64,000 nt of DNA from positions 89,444 through 153,443 of the forward strand of contig CABXFU010000002.1 in the NCBI GenBank assembly GCA_902511575.1, written 5' to 3'. This document shows positions 36,439 through 45,867 of the stretch, in pieces. The translations under genes and the position numbers were made by a program. Each line of letters begins with the position of its first letter. The first letter of the stretch is position 1. A model generated the notes under the pieces. It was not told the origin of the DNA, made no database searches, and saw only the letters and a program-made list of their open reading frames with translations. Source of the DNA: an uncultured SAR86 cluster bacterium (lineage in GTDB: Bacteria; Pseudomonadota; Gammaproteobacteria; Magnimaribacterales; D2472).

Positions 36439-37110
36439 ATGAGTAATCTTATTGAGCTTATCAATGCGGAGTTACCACAATTTCAATGTGGGAGATGCGA
36501 GACTCCTGGCTGTCGACCATATGCCGAAGAAATTTTAAAAGGTTCGCCTCACAATAGATGCGTACCAGGCGGTCAAGAAACTTCAAATAAAATTTCAGAT
36601 CTTTTAAATCGAGACATCTTATTACTGGATCAAGAATATGGTCCAGACCTGAAAACTCAAGTAGCAAATATTATTGAGGAAGATTGTATTGGATGCACTA
36701 AATGTATTGATGCATGTCCTGTAGATGCAATAACTGGTGCAGCAAATCTAATGCACAACGTAATAAGTGATATATGTACTGGATGCGAATTATGTATTGA
36801 GCCTTGTCCAGTTGATTGCATAGAATTAATTGAAGTAGATCAGGATCAATCATTAGCAGCTAGAAACCAATCTGAATATTTTTTTGATCTTAAGCTTGAG
36901 CTAAAACAACGTAAAAATAAAAAGACAAAGATGAATAAAAGCATTGCAGAAAACTTAGATCTTGCAGAATTAATAAATCAAAAATTAGATAATAGAAATA
37001 TTAACAAGCAGAAATCAATCAAGAAATTACAATTGGAGATGCTTGATTCGCAGAAAGGTGATAAGTATATTTCTGAATCTGATATAGAAGAATTAAAAAA
37101 ACAATTATAA
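36439..37110 (+). CDS. RnfB-like soluble iron-sulfur protein (N-terminal Cys cluster + 2x[4Fe-4S] ferredoxin domain, K-rich tail)
   Basis: 223 aa. LPQFQCGRCETPGCRPYAE...NRCVPGG, followed by CIGCTKCIDACP and CTGCELCIEPCP. No membrane anchor is present. Confidence 0.7.
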   Translation: MSNLIELINAELPQFQCGRCETPGCRPYAEEILKGSPHNRCVPGGQETSNKISDLLNRDILLLDQEYGPDLKTQVANIIEEDCIGCTKCIDACPVDAITGAANLMHNVISDICTGCELCIEPCPVDCIELIEVDQDQSLAARNQSEYFFDLKLELKQRKNKKTKMNKSIAENLDLAELINQKLDNRNINKQKSIKKLQLEMLDSQKGDKYISESDIEELKKQL

Positions 37111-38124
37111 GCTTCGATTATTTAGAGCTTGATAGATTGAAATAGATTTATCTTGGGATTCAATCATTAGGGCTTTAACTCTGCTTGCAATATCTCTGAG
37201 CGCTTGCTCTGTTTCGGCATCATCTCTTTTTAAATAATCTTTAGTTAAGCCTATAACTCCTCCTGAGTTAATCAGGGTATCCGGAATAAAGACTATATTT
37301 TTTTCAAGCAAATTTTCAGCAATAGATGCATCGAGCAATTGATTATTCGCACCACCGGCAATAATTTTACATTTTAGATTATTGATTGAATCTTTTGTGA
37401 AAATTGCTCCGACAGCGCAAGGTGAAAATAAGTCACATTCAATAGAGAAAGCATCTTCAACACAAGTAATATTGTGATTATCAATATTACTTAATTTTGA
37501 TCTATCGATGTCTGAAATGAATACATATGCCCCTGAACTGGCTAAGTATTCTGCAAGTCTTTTTCCTACGCTGCCAGCTCCTTGTATTGCAATTCTTTTG
37601 CCTAAAAGGTTCTCAGAAAAATATGTTTGTATTGCTTGCTCAATTGAGTAAAACAAGCCTTTTGCTGTAAATGGACCTGGATCAACATTGTCAAAAACAT
37701 GCTCACTGTGCTCTCTAATAAAAATAATATCTTCAAGACTAATTCCAATATCTTCTGCTGAAATGTATGTCCCATTTAAACGATTAAGAAACGAGGCAAA
37801 AGATTTAAGAAGATTATTAGATTTATTTCCTTGTTTAAAAATTACAGCTTTTCCGCCCCCAAATGGAATGCCTGCTACATTATTTTTATCAGTCATGCCT
37901 TTGGACAGACGCAACACATCATTCAAACCATCTTCAAACGAATCATATTGTCTGTATCTACACCCGCCTATAGCAGGTCCCTCTTTGGTACTATGAATTG
38001 CAATTAAAGATTTTAATTGTGTTTCTTGATCTTCATAATAATAAACTTTTTCATGATTGAACTCATGGTGAGATGAAATATCTATTCCATTAAAATTTAT
38101 ATCTGTAATGTCTTTAAAAATCAT
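37105..38124 (-). CDS. Leu/Phe/Val (Glu/Leu/Phe/Val family) amino-acid dehydrogenase
   Basis: KGMTDKNNVAGIPFGGGKAVI contains the catalytic Lys motif, and GAGSVGKRLA is the Rossmann motif. I place the start at MIFKDITD (38124), matching the LeuDH N-terminus MEIFKY. The ORF-track start at 38175 would abut the rnt start with zero spacer. Confidence 0.8.
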   Translation of the reverse strand: MIFKDITDINFNGIDISSHHEFNHEKVYYYEDQETQLKSLIAIHSTKEGPAIGGCRYRQYDSFEDGLNDVLRLSKGMTDKNNVAGIPFGGGKAVIFKQGNKSNNLLKSFASFLNRLNGTYISAEDIGISLEDIIFIREHSEHVFDNVDPGPFTAKGLFYSIEQAIQTYFSENLLGKRIAIQGAGSVGKRLAEYLASSGAYVFISDIDRSKLSNIDNHNITCVEDAFSIECDLFSPCAVGAIFTKDSINNLKCKIIAGGANNQLLDASIAENLLEKNIVFIPDTLINSGGVIGLTKDYLKRDDAETEQALRDIASRVKALMIESQDKSISIYQALNNRSL

Positions 38125-38175
38125 ATATGAACGAGTTTTTTCGTTTATATTATATGTGCATATTAAAGGGCTCAA

Positions 38176-38763
38176 ATGTTAAAAGAAAGGTTTAGAAAGT
38201 TTTTACCGGTTGTTGTTGATCTTGAAACAGGCGGCTTTAACTATAAAAATAATGCCATTCTTGAGATTGCTATCCAGCTCATTGATGAAAGTGATTCAAT
38301 GTTAATTTTAGGTGAATCTCATAGATTTCATATTAAACCCTTTGAAGGACTTATTGTTGATTCTGATGCTTTAGAATTTCTTAAGTTAGATTTAAATCAT
38401 CCATTAAGAATGGCGGTTGATGAAAAATTTGCACTTGAGGAAATATTCAAAATTATTAACAAGCAAAGAAGCAAATTTGAGTGCTCAAGAGCAATTCTAG
38501 TTGGTCATAATGCATTTTTTGATCACAGCTTTCTTTTAGAAGCTTGTAACAGAAATAATATTAAAAAATCTCCGTTTCACCCCTTTTCATTAATTGATAC
38601 TGTCAGTCTTGGCGTTCTAGCAACCAAGCAAACAGTATTAGCTAGAATTTGCAAAGAGCTAGATATCGCTTATGAGAATGAAGAGGCACATAGCGCTGCT
38701 TACGACGCAATGGTTACCGCAGAGGTATTTTGCAAGATAATAAATGATTTTGATTTCAGGTAA
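38176..38763 (+). CDS. rnt: ribonuclease T (DEDDh exonuclease)
   Basis: 195 aa. RFRKFLPVVVDLETGGFN, VGHNAFFDHSFL, and HSAAYDA correspond to the Exo I-III motifs. Confidence 0.85.
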   Translation: MLKERFRKFLPVVVDLETGGFNYKNNAILEIAIQLIDESDSMLILGESHRFHIKPFEGLIVDSDALEFLKLDLNHPLRMAVDEKFALEEIFKIINKQRSKFECSRAILVGHNAFFDHSFLLEACNRNNIKKSPFHPFSLIDTVSLGVLATKQTVLARICKELDIAYENEEAHSAAYDAMVTAEVFCKIINDFDFR

Positions 38764-38766
38764 GTC

Positions 38767-39492
38767 TTATAAAGAAACTGAATCTCCGACTTCCCTGCAA
38801 ACAGCTGGCATTAAATCTATTTGTTTATAAGATTCCTTGATACTCAGTAGATAACTTATAAAACCCTTTGTTCGCTTGGGGGCAATACCTGTAGCTATAA
38901 AATACTTAGCCTTTAAAATTGATTGAGCTAATTGGGCCTGCTTAAGATTCATTGAGACTTGAACTAACCCGAGGACTCTTACCATGTCTACCGTAATAAT
39001 ACATGCATCTACATCCTCAACTTTTAACTTAGTATTAAACATATGGGGTTCGTGAAAAACTTTGGATCTACAATCATTCAACGAGTATGAGAATGTTGTG
39101 GTGTTATAAGGTTTGCCTGCTTGGTAAATGTTTAATGTTAACGAATTAAGATCATAGGATTTATCAATATCAACAACAGTAATGTTTTTAAAACCCAATT
39201 TAAGTAAGATCTTTGAAGCCTCATGAGTGGTAAATACAGGAATGTCTTTTTGAAATAGGTTCATTGACTCAGAATCCAGATGATCTGAAAAATGAGCAGT
39301 GATTATAATATGTGTAACTTGATCTATCAGATTATGCTCCAATAAATAAGCTTCAGTGGTGGAGCTTCGATTAAGCAACCAGTTCAACCCTGGAAAAACT
39401 TGTTTTTTTGTTAACCAAGGATCAACAACAATTAAATCGCCATCATTGGAATAAACCCATGATTGGTAGTCATCTCCACGAATAATTTGCAT
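38767..39492 (-). CDS. hypothetical protein, possibly a degenerate metallo-beta-lactamase fold
   Basis: 241 aa. IIITAHFSDHLD sits where MBL proteins have HxHxDH. No firm family assignment. Confidence 0.35.
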   Translation of the reverse strand: MQIIRGDDYQSWVYSNDGDLIVVDPWLTKKQVFPGLNWLLNRSSTTEAYLLEHNLIDQVTHIIITAHFSDHLDSESMNLFQKDIPVFTTHEASKILLKLGFKNITVVDIDKSYDLNSLTLNIYQAGKPYNTTTFSYSLNDCRSKVFHEPHMFNTKLKVEDVDACIITVDMVRVLGLVQVSMNLKQAQLAQSILKAKYFIATGIAPKRTKGFISYLLSIKESYKQIDLMPAVCREVGDSVSL

Positions 39493-39529
39493 ATATATAT
39501 AATTTCATAAATGAGAATAAAAACCATAG

Positions 39530-39544
39530 TGATAATGATTATCA
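39530..39544. promoter_or_regulatory. Fur box: TGATAATgATTATCA, an exact match to the 7-1-7 Fur core consensus
   Basis: Read directly in the divergent intergenic region. It lies 86 nt upstream of the ferritin-like gene ATG (39630) and 38 nt upstream of the divergent gene's start (39492). Confidence 0.7.
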
Positions 39545-39629
39545 TTAAAAAAACACGTTAAATCAGTGCTTTACATATTATATAAAACAAAATAAAGTAT
39601 CTTGAATTATTAAATTTTATGGAGAATAC

Positions 39630-40070
39630 ATGGAAATGAAAGAAATTAATTCACAAGAAGTTTGCGATATATTAAATGAAATTATGGAATATGAACTTGC
39701 AGGAGTTGTTCGTTATACACATTCCTCGTTGATGGTTTCTGGTCCATATAGAATACCTATTGTGACTTTTCTTAAAGAACAAGCAGCAGAGTCAATGCTT
39801 CATGCTCAACAGGCTGGTGAATTGTTGGTTGGTCTTGATGGTCACCCAAGTCTAAAAGTTGCAAAAATTGAAGAAACACATAGGCACTCAATCAAAGACA
39901 TTCTAGAAGAAGGACTCGAACATGAGCTGCATGCATTAAGTTTATACAAAAAATTATTAACAAGTGTTGCTGATGCTTCGGTTTACTTAGAAGAATATGC
40001 TAGAGGCATGATTGGTGAGGAGGAACAGCACTCGCTTGAGCTTAAGGCTATGTTAAAAGACTATGGGTAA
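39630..40070 (+). CDS. bacterioferritin-like / ferritin-like di-iron protein
   Basis: 146 aa. LNEIMEYELAGVVRYTHSSL, and E..H pairs (EHELHA and EEEQHSLEL) typical of ferroxidase-centre four-helix bundles. Confidence 0.65.
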   Translation: MEMKEINSQEVCDILNEIMEYELAGVVRYTHSSLMVSGPYRIPIVTFLKEQAAESMLHAQQAGELLVGLDGHPSLKVAKIEETHRHSIKDILEEGLEHELHALSLYKKLLTSVADASVYLEEYARGMIGEEEQHSLELKAMLKDYG

Positions 40071-40073
40071 TTT

Positions 40074-40388
40074 CTACGAGGCTGCCTCATTGATAATGCT
40101 CTGAAGGTCTCCAGCTTCATGCATTTCAGTGACTATGTCGCATCCACCAATCAATTCCCCGCCAACAAAAACTTGGGGAAAAGTTGGCCAATCAGAAATA
40201 CTTGGCAAAGTTTGTCTTATATCTTGATTTTCTAAGATATCAACATATGAGAATTCAGCGCCGCAATTAATTAAGACCTGAACTGTTTTAGCAGAAAATC
40301 CACACTTAGGTTCATAAGGAGACCCCTTCATATAAATTAGAATTTTATTATCTTTAATCTGATCTTTTATTTTATCTTCAATTGACAT
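40074..40388 (-). CDS. grxD: monothiol glutaredoxin (Grx4/GrxD)
   Basis: 104 aa. MKGSPYEPKCGFS active site, WPTFPQVFVGGELIGGCDI. Confidence 0.9.
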   Translation of the reverse strand: MSIEDKIKDQIKDNKILIYMKGSPYEPKCGFSAKTVQVLINCGAEFSYVDILENQDIRQTLPSISDWPTFPQVFVGGELIGGCDIVTEMHEAGDLQSIINEAAS

Positions 40389-41146
40389 TATTGCGCATTC
40401 CTTACTGTTCTGATGTATTTCATTATGGTGTCGTCGAAACCAAATTTCAATGCATCTGTGATAATTGCATGACCGATTGACACCTCATCAACACTTCCAC
40501 ATTCAATTAAATGAGGTAGATTATCTAAATTAAGATCATGGCCAGCATTAACTCCAAGCATAGATTTTTTTGCTGAATTGATACACTCAATAATATTGCT
40601 TTTACACATTGAAAGATTTACATGATCTTCTTCTTCTAAAAATTTAGCAAATGGTCCTGTATAAATCTCAATTCTATCAAAGCCAATTTCTTGGGCATAT
40701 TCAACCGAATCTACATTAGCATCAATAAATAAACTTGTTCTTGCATTAGAGTCTTTAAGAGATCTAATAAATTTATTTAATTCATCATCTAAAAAACCTG
40801 GTTGCCATCCATGATCAGAAGTAATTTGCTGAAGATCATCTGGGACCAATGTAACTTGCTCAGGATTTGTATGAGCGCATAATTCCTGAAAGCCAATAAA
40901 TTCTCCTTTGGGCATGGTGAAAGGATTACCCTCTAAATTAAATTCAATATTATTTTCTTTGCAGAGTTTAGATAAGTTGATGGCATCTTGAGATGTAGCA
41001 TGCCGATGATCCGGTCTTGGATGAAGAGTAAGCCCATCAACTCCAAGCTCAATACATTTATATGCATAGTCCGTTAACGAAGGGTTATCGTTGCCTCGAG
41101 AGTTTCTAATTAAAGCAATTTTATTTAGATTGACACTAAGCTTCAT
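40388..41146 (-). CDS. pdxJ: pyridoxine 5'-phosphate synthase
   Basis: 252 aa. LSVNLNKIALIRNSRG, GLTLHPRPDHRH, FNLEGNP, IEIYTGPFA, NAGHDLN. Confidence 0.9.
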   Translation of the reverse strand: MKLSVNLNKIALIRNSRGNDNPSLTDYAYKCIELGVDGLTLHPRPDHRHATSQDAINLSKLCKENNIEFNLEGNPFTMPKGEFIGFQELCAHTNPEQVTLVPDDLQQITSDHGWQPGFLDDELNKFIRSLKDSNARTSLFIDANVDSVEYAQEIGFDRIEIYTGPFAKFLEEEDHVNLSMCKSNIIECINSAKKSMLGVNAGHDLNLDNLPHLIECGSVDEVSIGHAIITDALKFGFDDTIMKYIRTVRNAQ

Positions 41147-41160
41147 AAAGGAAAAAAGAG

Positions 41161-41589
41161 CTAGCCTCTGTCTTTAAAATCATCCACATTAATATCAATT
41201 GAGCTGACATCGCTAGGTTGTGAAATAGATGATTCATCCCAAAAAGCTCTACCGCTTTCAATCTTACCCTCTTCATTGACAATGAAGTGATCAACAATCG
41301 CAATATCCATTCCAGAATTATCCTTGATATTTCTAACCTGCATTACAGCCTTTAAAATTCCTTCATTGGAACAAATTACAGTCTCAACGTTTGTTGGTTT
41401 AATTTCCATTCCGTCGGTATGACCGAAATCCCAAAAAGCACATATAGCCTCAATTCCATTACAAGGAGCAGTTCCTACAGGATCCTCAAATATGGCCTTA
41501 TCATCCCAAAGACTTCTAAATAACTCCTTGTCATTATTTTTGTATGCTAGAACATAATTATCTAAAGCAGATTGAACCTTTTCTTTCAT
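41161..41589 (-). CDS. NTF2/SnoaL-fold protein, ketosteroid-isomerase-like
   Basis: 142 aa. The N-terminal pattern ALDNYVLAYKNNDKELFRSLWDDKAIFEDPVG is typical of steroid delta-isomerase-like/SnoaL proteins. There is a 4-bp overlap with the upstream gene. Confidence 0.55.
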   Translation of the reverse strand: MKEKVQSALDNYVLAYKNNDKELFRSLWDDKAIFEDPVGTAPCNGIEAICAFWDFGHTDGMEIKPTNVETVICSNEGILKAVMQVRNIKDNSGMDIAIVDHFIVNEEGKIESGRAFWDESSISQPSDVSSIDINVDDFKDRG

Positions 41590-42083
41590 GTTTTTTCCTC
41601 TTTTTGAATTCCCTTCTCTTGTAAGAGAATTTTAGTAAATTTGTTATCTGAATTAATCGGCGACACCTGCTCCCATATACGATCATATTCAGAATGCTGA
41701 ATTAACCATTGGCCATTAATTTTTATATAAGTATCTTCGTATAATGCGGTGCCCTGAGTAACACTGCCTAAATCAAAATTATAAAAAATGTCCTGTAGGT
41801 ACCATTTGCCAGTTGCCTCGGTTTCGGAAAGTACTTCAATTTCAGGATGATGAGCTGTATGCATAGCAGCAGTTTGATTGTGAAATGCATGAGTTAAACT
41901 TTCTTTGATAGTCTCTTTGCCCTCAGACTCCCATCTATAGGTGCCACCTCGATAGTCTATTGATATATCTGGTGAAAAGACATTATCTAGCAAGTCGAAA
42001 TCAGCCATATCGATAGCCCTAAAATATCTATGTTTAAGATTTTTAATTTCTTCAATATCAATTAATTTTTGCAGTTTATCCAT
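41586..42083 (-). CDS. NTF2/SnoaL_4-fold protein
   Basis: 165 aa. IEEIKNLKHRYFRAIDMADFDLLDNVF is a typical SnoaL_4 / ring-hydroxylating-dioxygenase-beta-like N-terminus. Confidence 0.55.
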   Translation of the reverse strand: MDKLQKLIDIEEIKNLKHRYFRAIDMADFDLLDNVFSPDISIDYRGGTYRWESEGKETIKESLTHAFHNQTAAMHTAHHPEIEVLSETEATGKWYLQDIFYNFDLGSVTQGTALYEDTYIKINGQWLIQHSEYDRIWEQVSPINSDNKFTKILLQEKGIQKEEKT

Positions 42084-42090
42084 GGTTGTA

Positions 42091-42843
42091 TTATCTCAGA
42101 TATGCCTGACCTCCATCTAACATGATCGTAGATCCAGTAATATAATTCATCCCGTCTGACAAAATATGACAAACAGCCTGACCTATATCATCTTTACAAT
42201 CACCAACTCTGCCTAGTGGTATAGTTTTTAGAAATTCATTTGCCTCATCAGGATGCTCGCTCATCCACCAATCCATTCCGGTAGATTTTGCAAGAGGCAT
42301 TATACAATTTACTAAAATATTATCTGGACCCCATTCAACTGCTGCGGCCCTAGATAAAGATCGAATTGACTCTTTTACTGCCGCATAAGCTCCATAAGAG
42401 TTTGAGTCAGGTCTCAATGCAGAAGAGCTTGCTAGGTTAATAATTTTACCGCTTCCTTTTAAATGTGGATAACAAGCTTTCATATAACGAAAAGTAGCTA
42501 AGGGTCCGGAGTTCCACCCATTAATAAAGGACTCATCAGTTACGTCTAAAATATTTCCTAGAGGTACTTCTTGAGCATTATTAATTAAAATATTTAATGA
42601 ATTAAACTTAGACAGCGCTGCTTCAATAGAGCTATTGATTGAGTCATTACTTTTTACATCGCACTCAATAGCTATGGCTGACCCACCTGCTTTGTTAATA
42701 TCATCAGCAACGGACTCAACTTTAGAAAGGGTTCTGCCTACCAAGCAAACATTTGCTCCATTAGAAGCAAGTGCTCGAGCTATACCCTCGCCTACTCCTT
42801 GACCAGAACCAGTGATCAAAGCCGTTCTGTTTGAAAAATCCAT
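42091..42843 (-). CDS. short-chain dehydrogenase/reductase (SDR)
   Basis: 250 aa. ITGSGQGVGEGIA, NNAQ, YAAVKES. Confidence 0.8.
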   Translation of the reverse strand: MDFSNRTALITGSGQGVGEGIARALASNGANVCLVGRTLSKVESVADDINKAGGSAIAIECDVKSNDSINSSIEAALSKFNSLNILINNAQEVPLGNILDVTDESFINGWNSGPLATFRYMKACYPHLKGSGKIINLASSSALRPDSNSYGAYAAVKESIRSLSRAAAVEWGPDNILVNCIMPLAKSTGMDWWMSEHPDEANEFLKTIPLGRVGDCKDDIGQAVCHILSDGMNYITGSTIMLDGGQAYLR

Positions 42844-42845
42844 TA

Positions 42846-44579
42846 TTAAAAATTAGAACCAGTAATATCTTTAGCAGCCAAGTAACCAAATGTCATAGCT
42901 GGACCGAGTGTTGAACCGGGGCCAGGATATGTTGGCAGTAAGGCTGTTGAACAATTACCGCAAGCATAAAGCCCTGGTATAGCTTTGCCATCTTTGTTAA
43001 GCACTCTTGCATTTGTATCTATAACTAAACCACCTGCGGTACCCATTTCACCTGGGTAAAGAACCATACAATAAAATGGCCCTGTCTCTAACGGAGCAAG
43101 GCAAGGATTTGGAGTTACAGATGGATCACCATAATATCTGTCATAAACGCTATCACCTCGATGTAGATCAATATCTTTGCCTGATTTAGCATACTCATTA
43201 ACTTTTAATTGAGTTGCTAAAAGACCTTCAACATCTATACCCGCAACTTCGGCGAGCTCTTCCAATGTTTCACCCTTGGATAAGAATGATGGGGTCCACC
43301 ATTCTTTAGGAACAGCTGAATCTGGCTGCATTGATGCTTGAAGAAGAGGTCCGCATGGACGATTTTTTCTGAATGTACTGTCAAATATCATATAGCAAGG
43401 AGCACATGGATTTCCTTCTGCATATTTATCAAACATATCATTTACAAAGCTGACATAATTTTGAGATTCATTAGAAAATCTTTCGCCATTCTTATTAACA
43501 GTAAAGTTTCCTGGCATTGATTTATCTACCATTGAAAGCCATCCTTTATCTTGTCCTGGAACTTTCATAACTGTAGACCACCATCCTGTATCCATTTGAT
43601 GAGTATCAGCTCCTAATTTTAAAGCAGCTTTTAAAGCATCTCCTGTGTTATAGGTGTTGGCAGCACTCCACTCTATATTTGTGGGTTTAGGTAAATATTG
43701 CTCTCTCAAATTTTGATCTTTCTCGAAACCACCTGAAGCCAGAATAACTCCTTTGTTAGCTTTGATATTAATCTCAACATTATTTTTAGTGGCTTTAATA
43801 CCAACAACTGACCCATTTTCATCAATAAGGTCAGTCATTGCAGTTTCAGTCCACAAATCTACATTTCTATCTTTTAAAGATAAAATTAATCTTGCAACGC
43901 CTGCGTTACCCATGGTTAAGCGTCTATCTTTCCAACCCCATTTAAATCTCATGGGTATATCTAAGATATATTTAGTAAATAACTTTGCAAACTGAGTCTT
44001 CCAACCTGGTAGTGCTCCGAGTAACAGCTGACCTTCTACCTGAGTAAAATTCATATTTATTGGCCCCATAGTAAATGCTGTTTGCGGATGCTGTTCCCTA
44101 AGTTTACCTAGATCATCTCCTAGCTCTGTACCTTTAATGGGCTCGGGCTCCATTGACCTATTTCCAGCTTTTCCACCTGGGTTATCTGGAAAGTAATCTG
44201 GATAGTGGGCTAGGTTTCTGTACTTCACTTGTGAATTTTCATGAAGATAATCAATCATTTTTGGACCTTCAGAAAGGTAAGTTTCTACAAGCTCATCTTT
44301 AATTTGACCTTCAGGTGAGACACTATTTATATAATCTCTTGCATCTTGATCAGAATCATCAACATTCTCAGCTTTTGCATACCTATTGTTCGGAATCCAT
44401 ACACCTCCCCCTGATGTAGCAGAGGTTCCACCAAATTGAGTGCTTTTTTCAATTACCAATGTTTTAGCACCACCGTCATGACTGCATATAGCAGATGTTA
44501 AGGCTCCATTACCAGAACCAATTACAACTACATCGAATTCATAATCCCATTTCATAATAATTTTTTTAATTTTCTTCAA
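42846..44579 (-). CDS. FAD-dependent oxidoreductase, 3-oxosteroid 1-dehydrogenase (KstD)/fumarate-reductase flavoprotein-like
   Basis: 577 aa. FDVVVIGSGNGALTSA, EKSTQFGGTSATSGG, GEMGTAGGLVID, and GLYACGN are typical of the KstD-like FAD_binding_2 family. Confidence 0.7.
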   Translation of the reverse strand: MKKIKKIIMKWDYEFDVVVIGSGNGALTSAICSHDGGAKTLVIEKSTQFGGTSATSGGGVWIPNNRYAKAENVDDSDQDARDYINSVSPEGQIKDELVETYLSEGPKMIDYLHENSQVKYRNLAHYPDYFPDNPGGKAGNRSMEPEPIKGTELGDDLGKLREQHPQTAFTMGPINMNFTQVEGQLLLGALPGWKTQFAKLFTKYILDIPMRFKWGWKDRRLTMGNAGVARLILSLKDRNVDLWTETAMTDLIDENGSVVGIKATKNNVEINIKANKGVILASGGFEKDQNLREQYLPKPTNIEWSAANTYNTGDALKAALKLGADTHQMDTGWWSTVMKVPGQDKGWLSMVDKSMPGNFTVNKNGERFSNESQNYVSFVNDMFDKYAEGNPCAPCYMIFDSTFRKNRPCGPLLQASMQPDSAVPKEWWTPSFLSKGETLEELAEVAGIDVEGLLATQLKVNEYAKSGKDIDLHRGDSVYDRYYGDPSVTPNPCLAPLETGPFYCMVLYPGEMGTAGGLVIDTNARVLNKDGKAIPGLYACGNCSTALLPTYPGPGSTLGPAMTFGYLAAKDITGSNF

Positions 44580-44727
44580 ATTGTAACTAATTCACTATAA
44601 CCCATAGGGTATTTTTTAAAAAATAATCATATATCTTTATTATTATTGACAAAATTTTACTTGTTGATACTCCCAAATTATTTTCATTAATGTCTATAAT
44701 CTAATTTTATAAATTTATAATAATTAG

Positions 44728-45858
44728 ATGAAAACTGACATATGCAAAAAACTTGGAATTGAATATCCTATATTTGCTTTTACTCATTGCAGAGATGTTG
44801 TTGTTGCAGTTAGTAAAGCTGGAGGAATTGGAGTGCTTGGTGCCGTAGGCTACTCTCCGGAACAGTTAAAGGAAGAGCTTGATTGGATTGATGAACATAT
44901 CGGAGAATATCCGTATGGTGTTGATACAGTAATTCCTCAGAAATACGAAGGAATGGATGAGAAAGATCCTGAGCAATTATTGGAATCTTTGCAAAAAATG
45001 ATACCAGAGGGTCATAAAGAGTTTGTTGAAGAACTTCTGTCAGATAATGGTGTTCCTGAGGCTCCAGAAACTAATGGTCCAAAGGGAGGGCTCTTAGGCT
45101 GGACAGAGGCAACAGCTGAACCTCAAATTGATGAAGCTCTAAAACATCCAAATGTAAAACTGATTGCCAATGCATTGGGAACTCCTCCCGCTGATATGAT
45201 TAAAAAAATTCAAGATAAGGGTGTTTTAATTGGAGCTTTATGTGGAAAAATTAAACAAGCTGTTGCTCATAAAGAAGCTGGATTAGATTTTATAATAGCT
45301 CAGGGTGGCGAAGGTGGTGGCCATACTGGAGAAATAGGAAGCATTGTCTTGTGGCCTCAAATTATTGATGCTGTAGAGGGTCTACCTGTTCTTGCTGCAG
45401 GAGGCATTGGAAATGGAAGACAAATGGCGGCAGCCATGTCTACAGGAGCACAGGGAGTTTGGTGTGGTTCATTGTGGCTTGCTGTTGAAGAAGCAGCAGC
45501 TCAGCCAGCTGAAAAAGACTCATATTTGAATGCAACAAGTGAAGACACTATTAGAAGTAAAGCTTGGACAGGAAAACCAGCTCGAATGTTAAAAAACAAA
45601 TGGACTGAGGCATGGGAAAATCCTGAAAACCCAGACCCATTACCCATGCCACTTCAAGGGATGATCACTTTTGATGCTATGAGACGCACGTCTATATATG
45701 CTGGTTCTGGGAATACGCAAGCTGTATCATTTAACGCAGCTGGACAAGTGATCGGTCAAGTAAAACAAATTGAATCTGTAAAAGATGTTATTTATAGAAT
45801 TATTAATGAGTATCTTGATTCTGTTGAGCGATTAAACTCTTTGCTACCAAAAGAATAA
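44728..45858 (+). CDS. nitronate monooxygenase (NMO / 2-nitropropane dioxygenase-like, FMN)
   Basis: 376 aa. LGIEYPIFAFTH, IIAQGGEGGGHTGE, and AAGGIGNGRQMAAA. Confidence 0.8.
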   Translation: MKTDICKKLGIEYPIFAFTHCRDVVVAVSKAGGIGVLGAVGYSPEQLKEELDWIDEHIGEYPYGVDTVIPQKYEGMDEKDPEQLLESLQKMIPEGHKEFVEELLSDNGVPEAPETNGPKGGLLGWTEATAEPQIDEALKHPNVKLIANALGTPPADMIKKIQDKGVLIGALCGKIKQAVAHKEAGLDFIIAQGGEGGGHTGEIGSIVLWPQIIDAVEGLPVLAAGGIGNGRQMAAAMSTGAQGVWCGSLWLAVEEAAAQPAEKDSYLNATSEDTIRSKAWTGKPARMLKNKWTEAWENPENPDPLPMPLQGMITFDAMRRTSIYAGSGNTQAVSFNAAGQVIGQVKQIESVKDVIYRIINEYLDSVERLNSLLPKE

Positions 45859-45867
45859 ATTTTATTA

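Noticed and set aside
38125-38176. Head-to-head start codons of the Leu-dehydrogenase-like gene (38175) and rnt (38176) with zero spacer, which looked like an odd bidirectional overlap.
   Set aside because: The dehydrogenase family N-terminus aligns from the internal Met (MIFKDITD, 38124). Using it restores a 51-bp divergent spacer, so the zero-spacer arrangement is probably an annotation artefact.
44580-44727. Promoter-like hexamers (TTGACA at about 44648, TATAAT at about 44705) in the divergent KstD-like/NMO region.
   Set aside because: Spacing between the best -35 and -10 candidates is wrong, at about 14 nt or more than 40 nt. In DNA this AT-rich, such hexamers occur by chance, so I could not support a specific promoter call.
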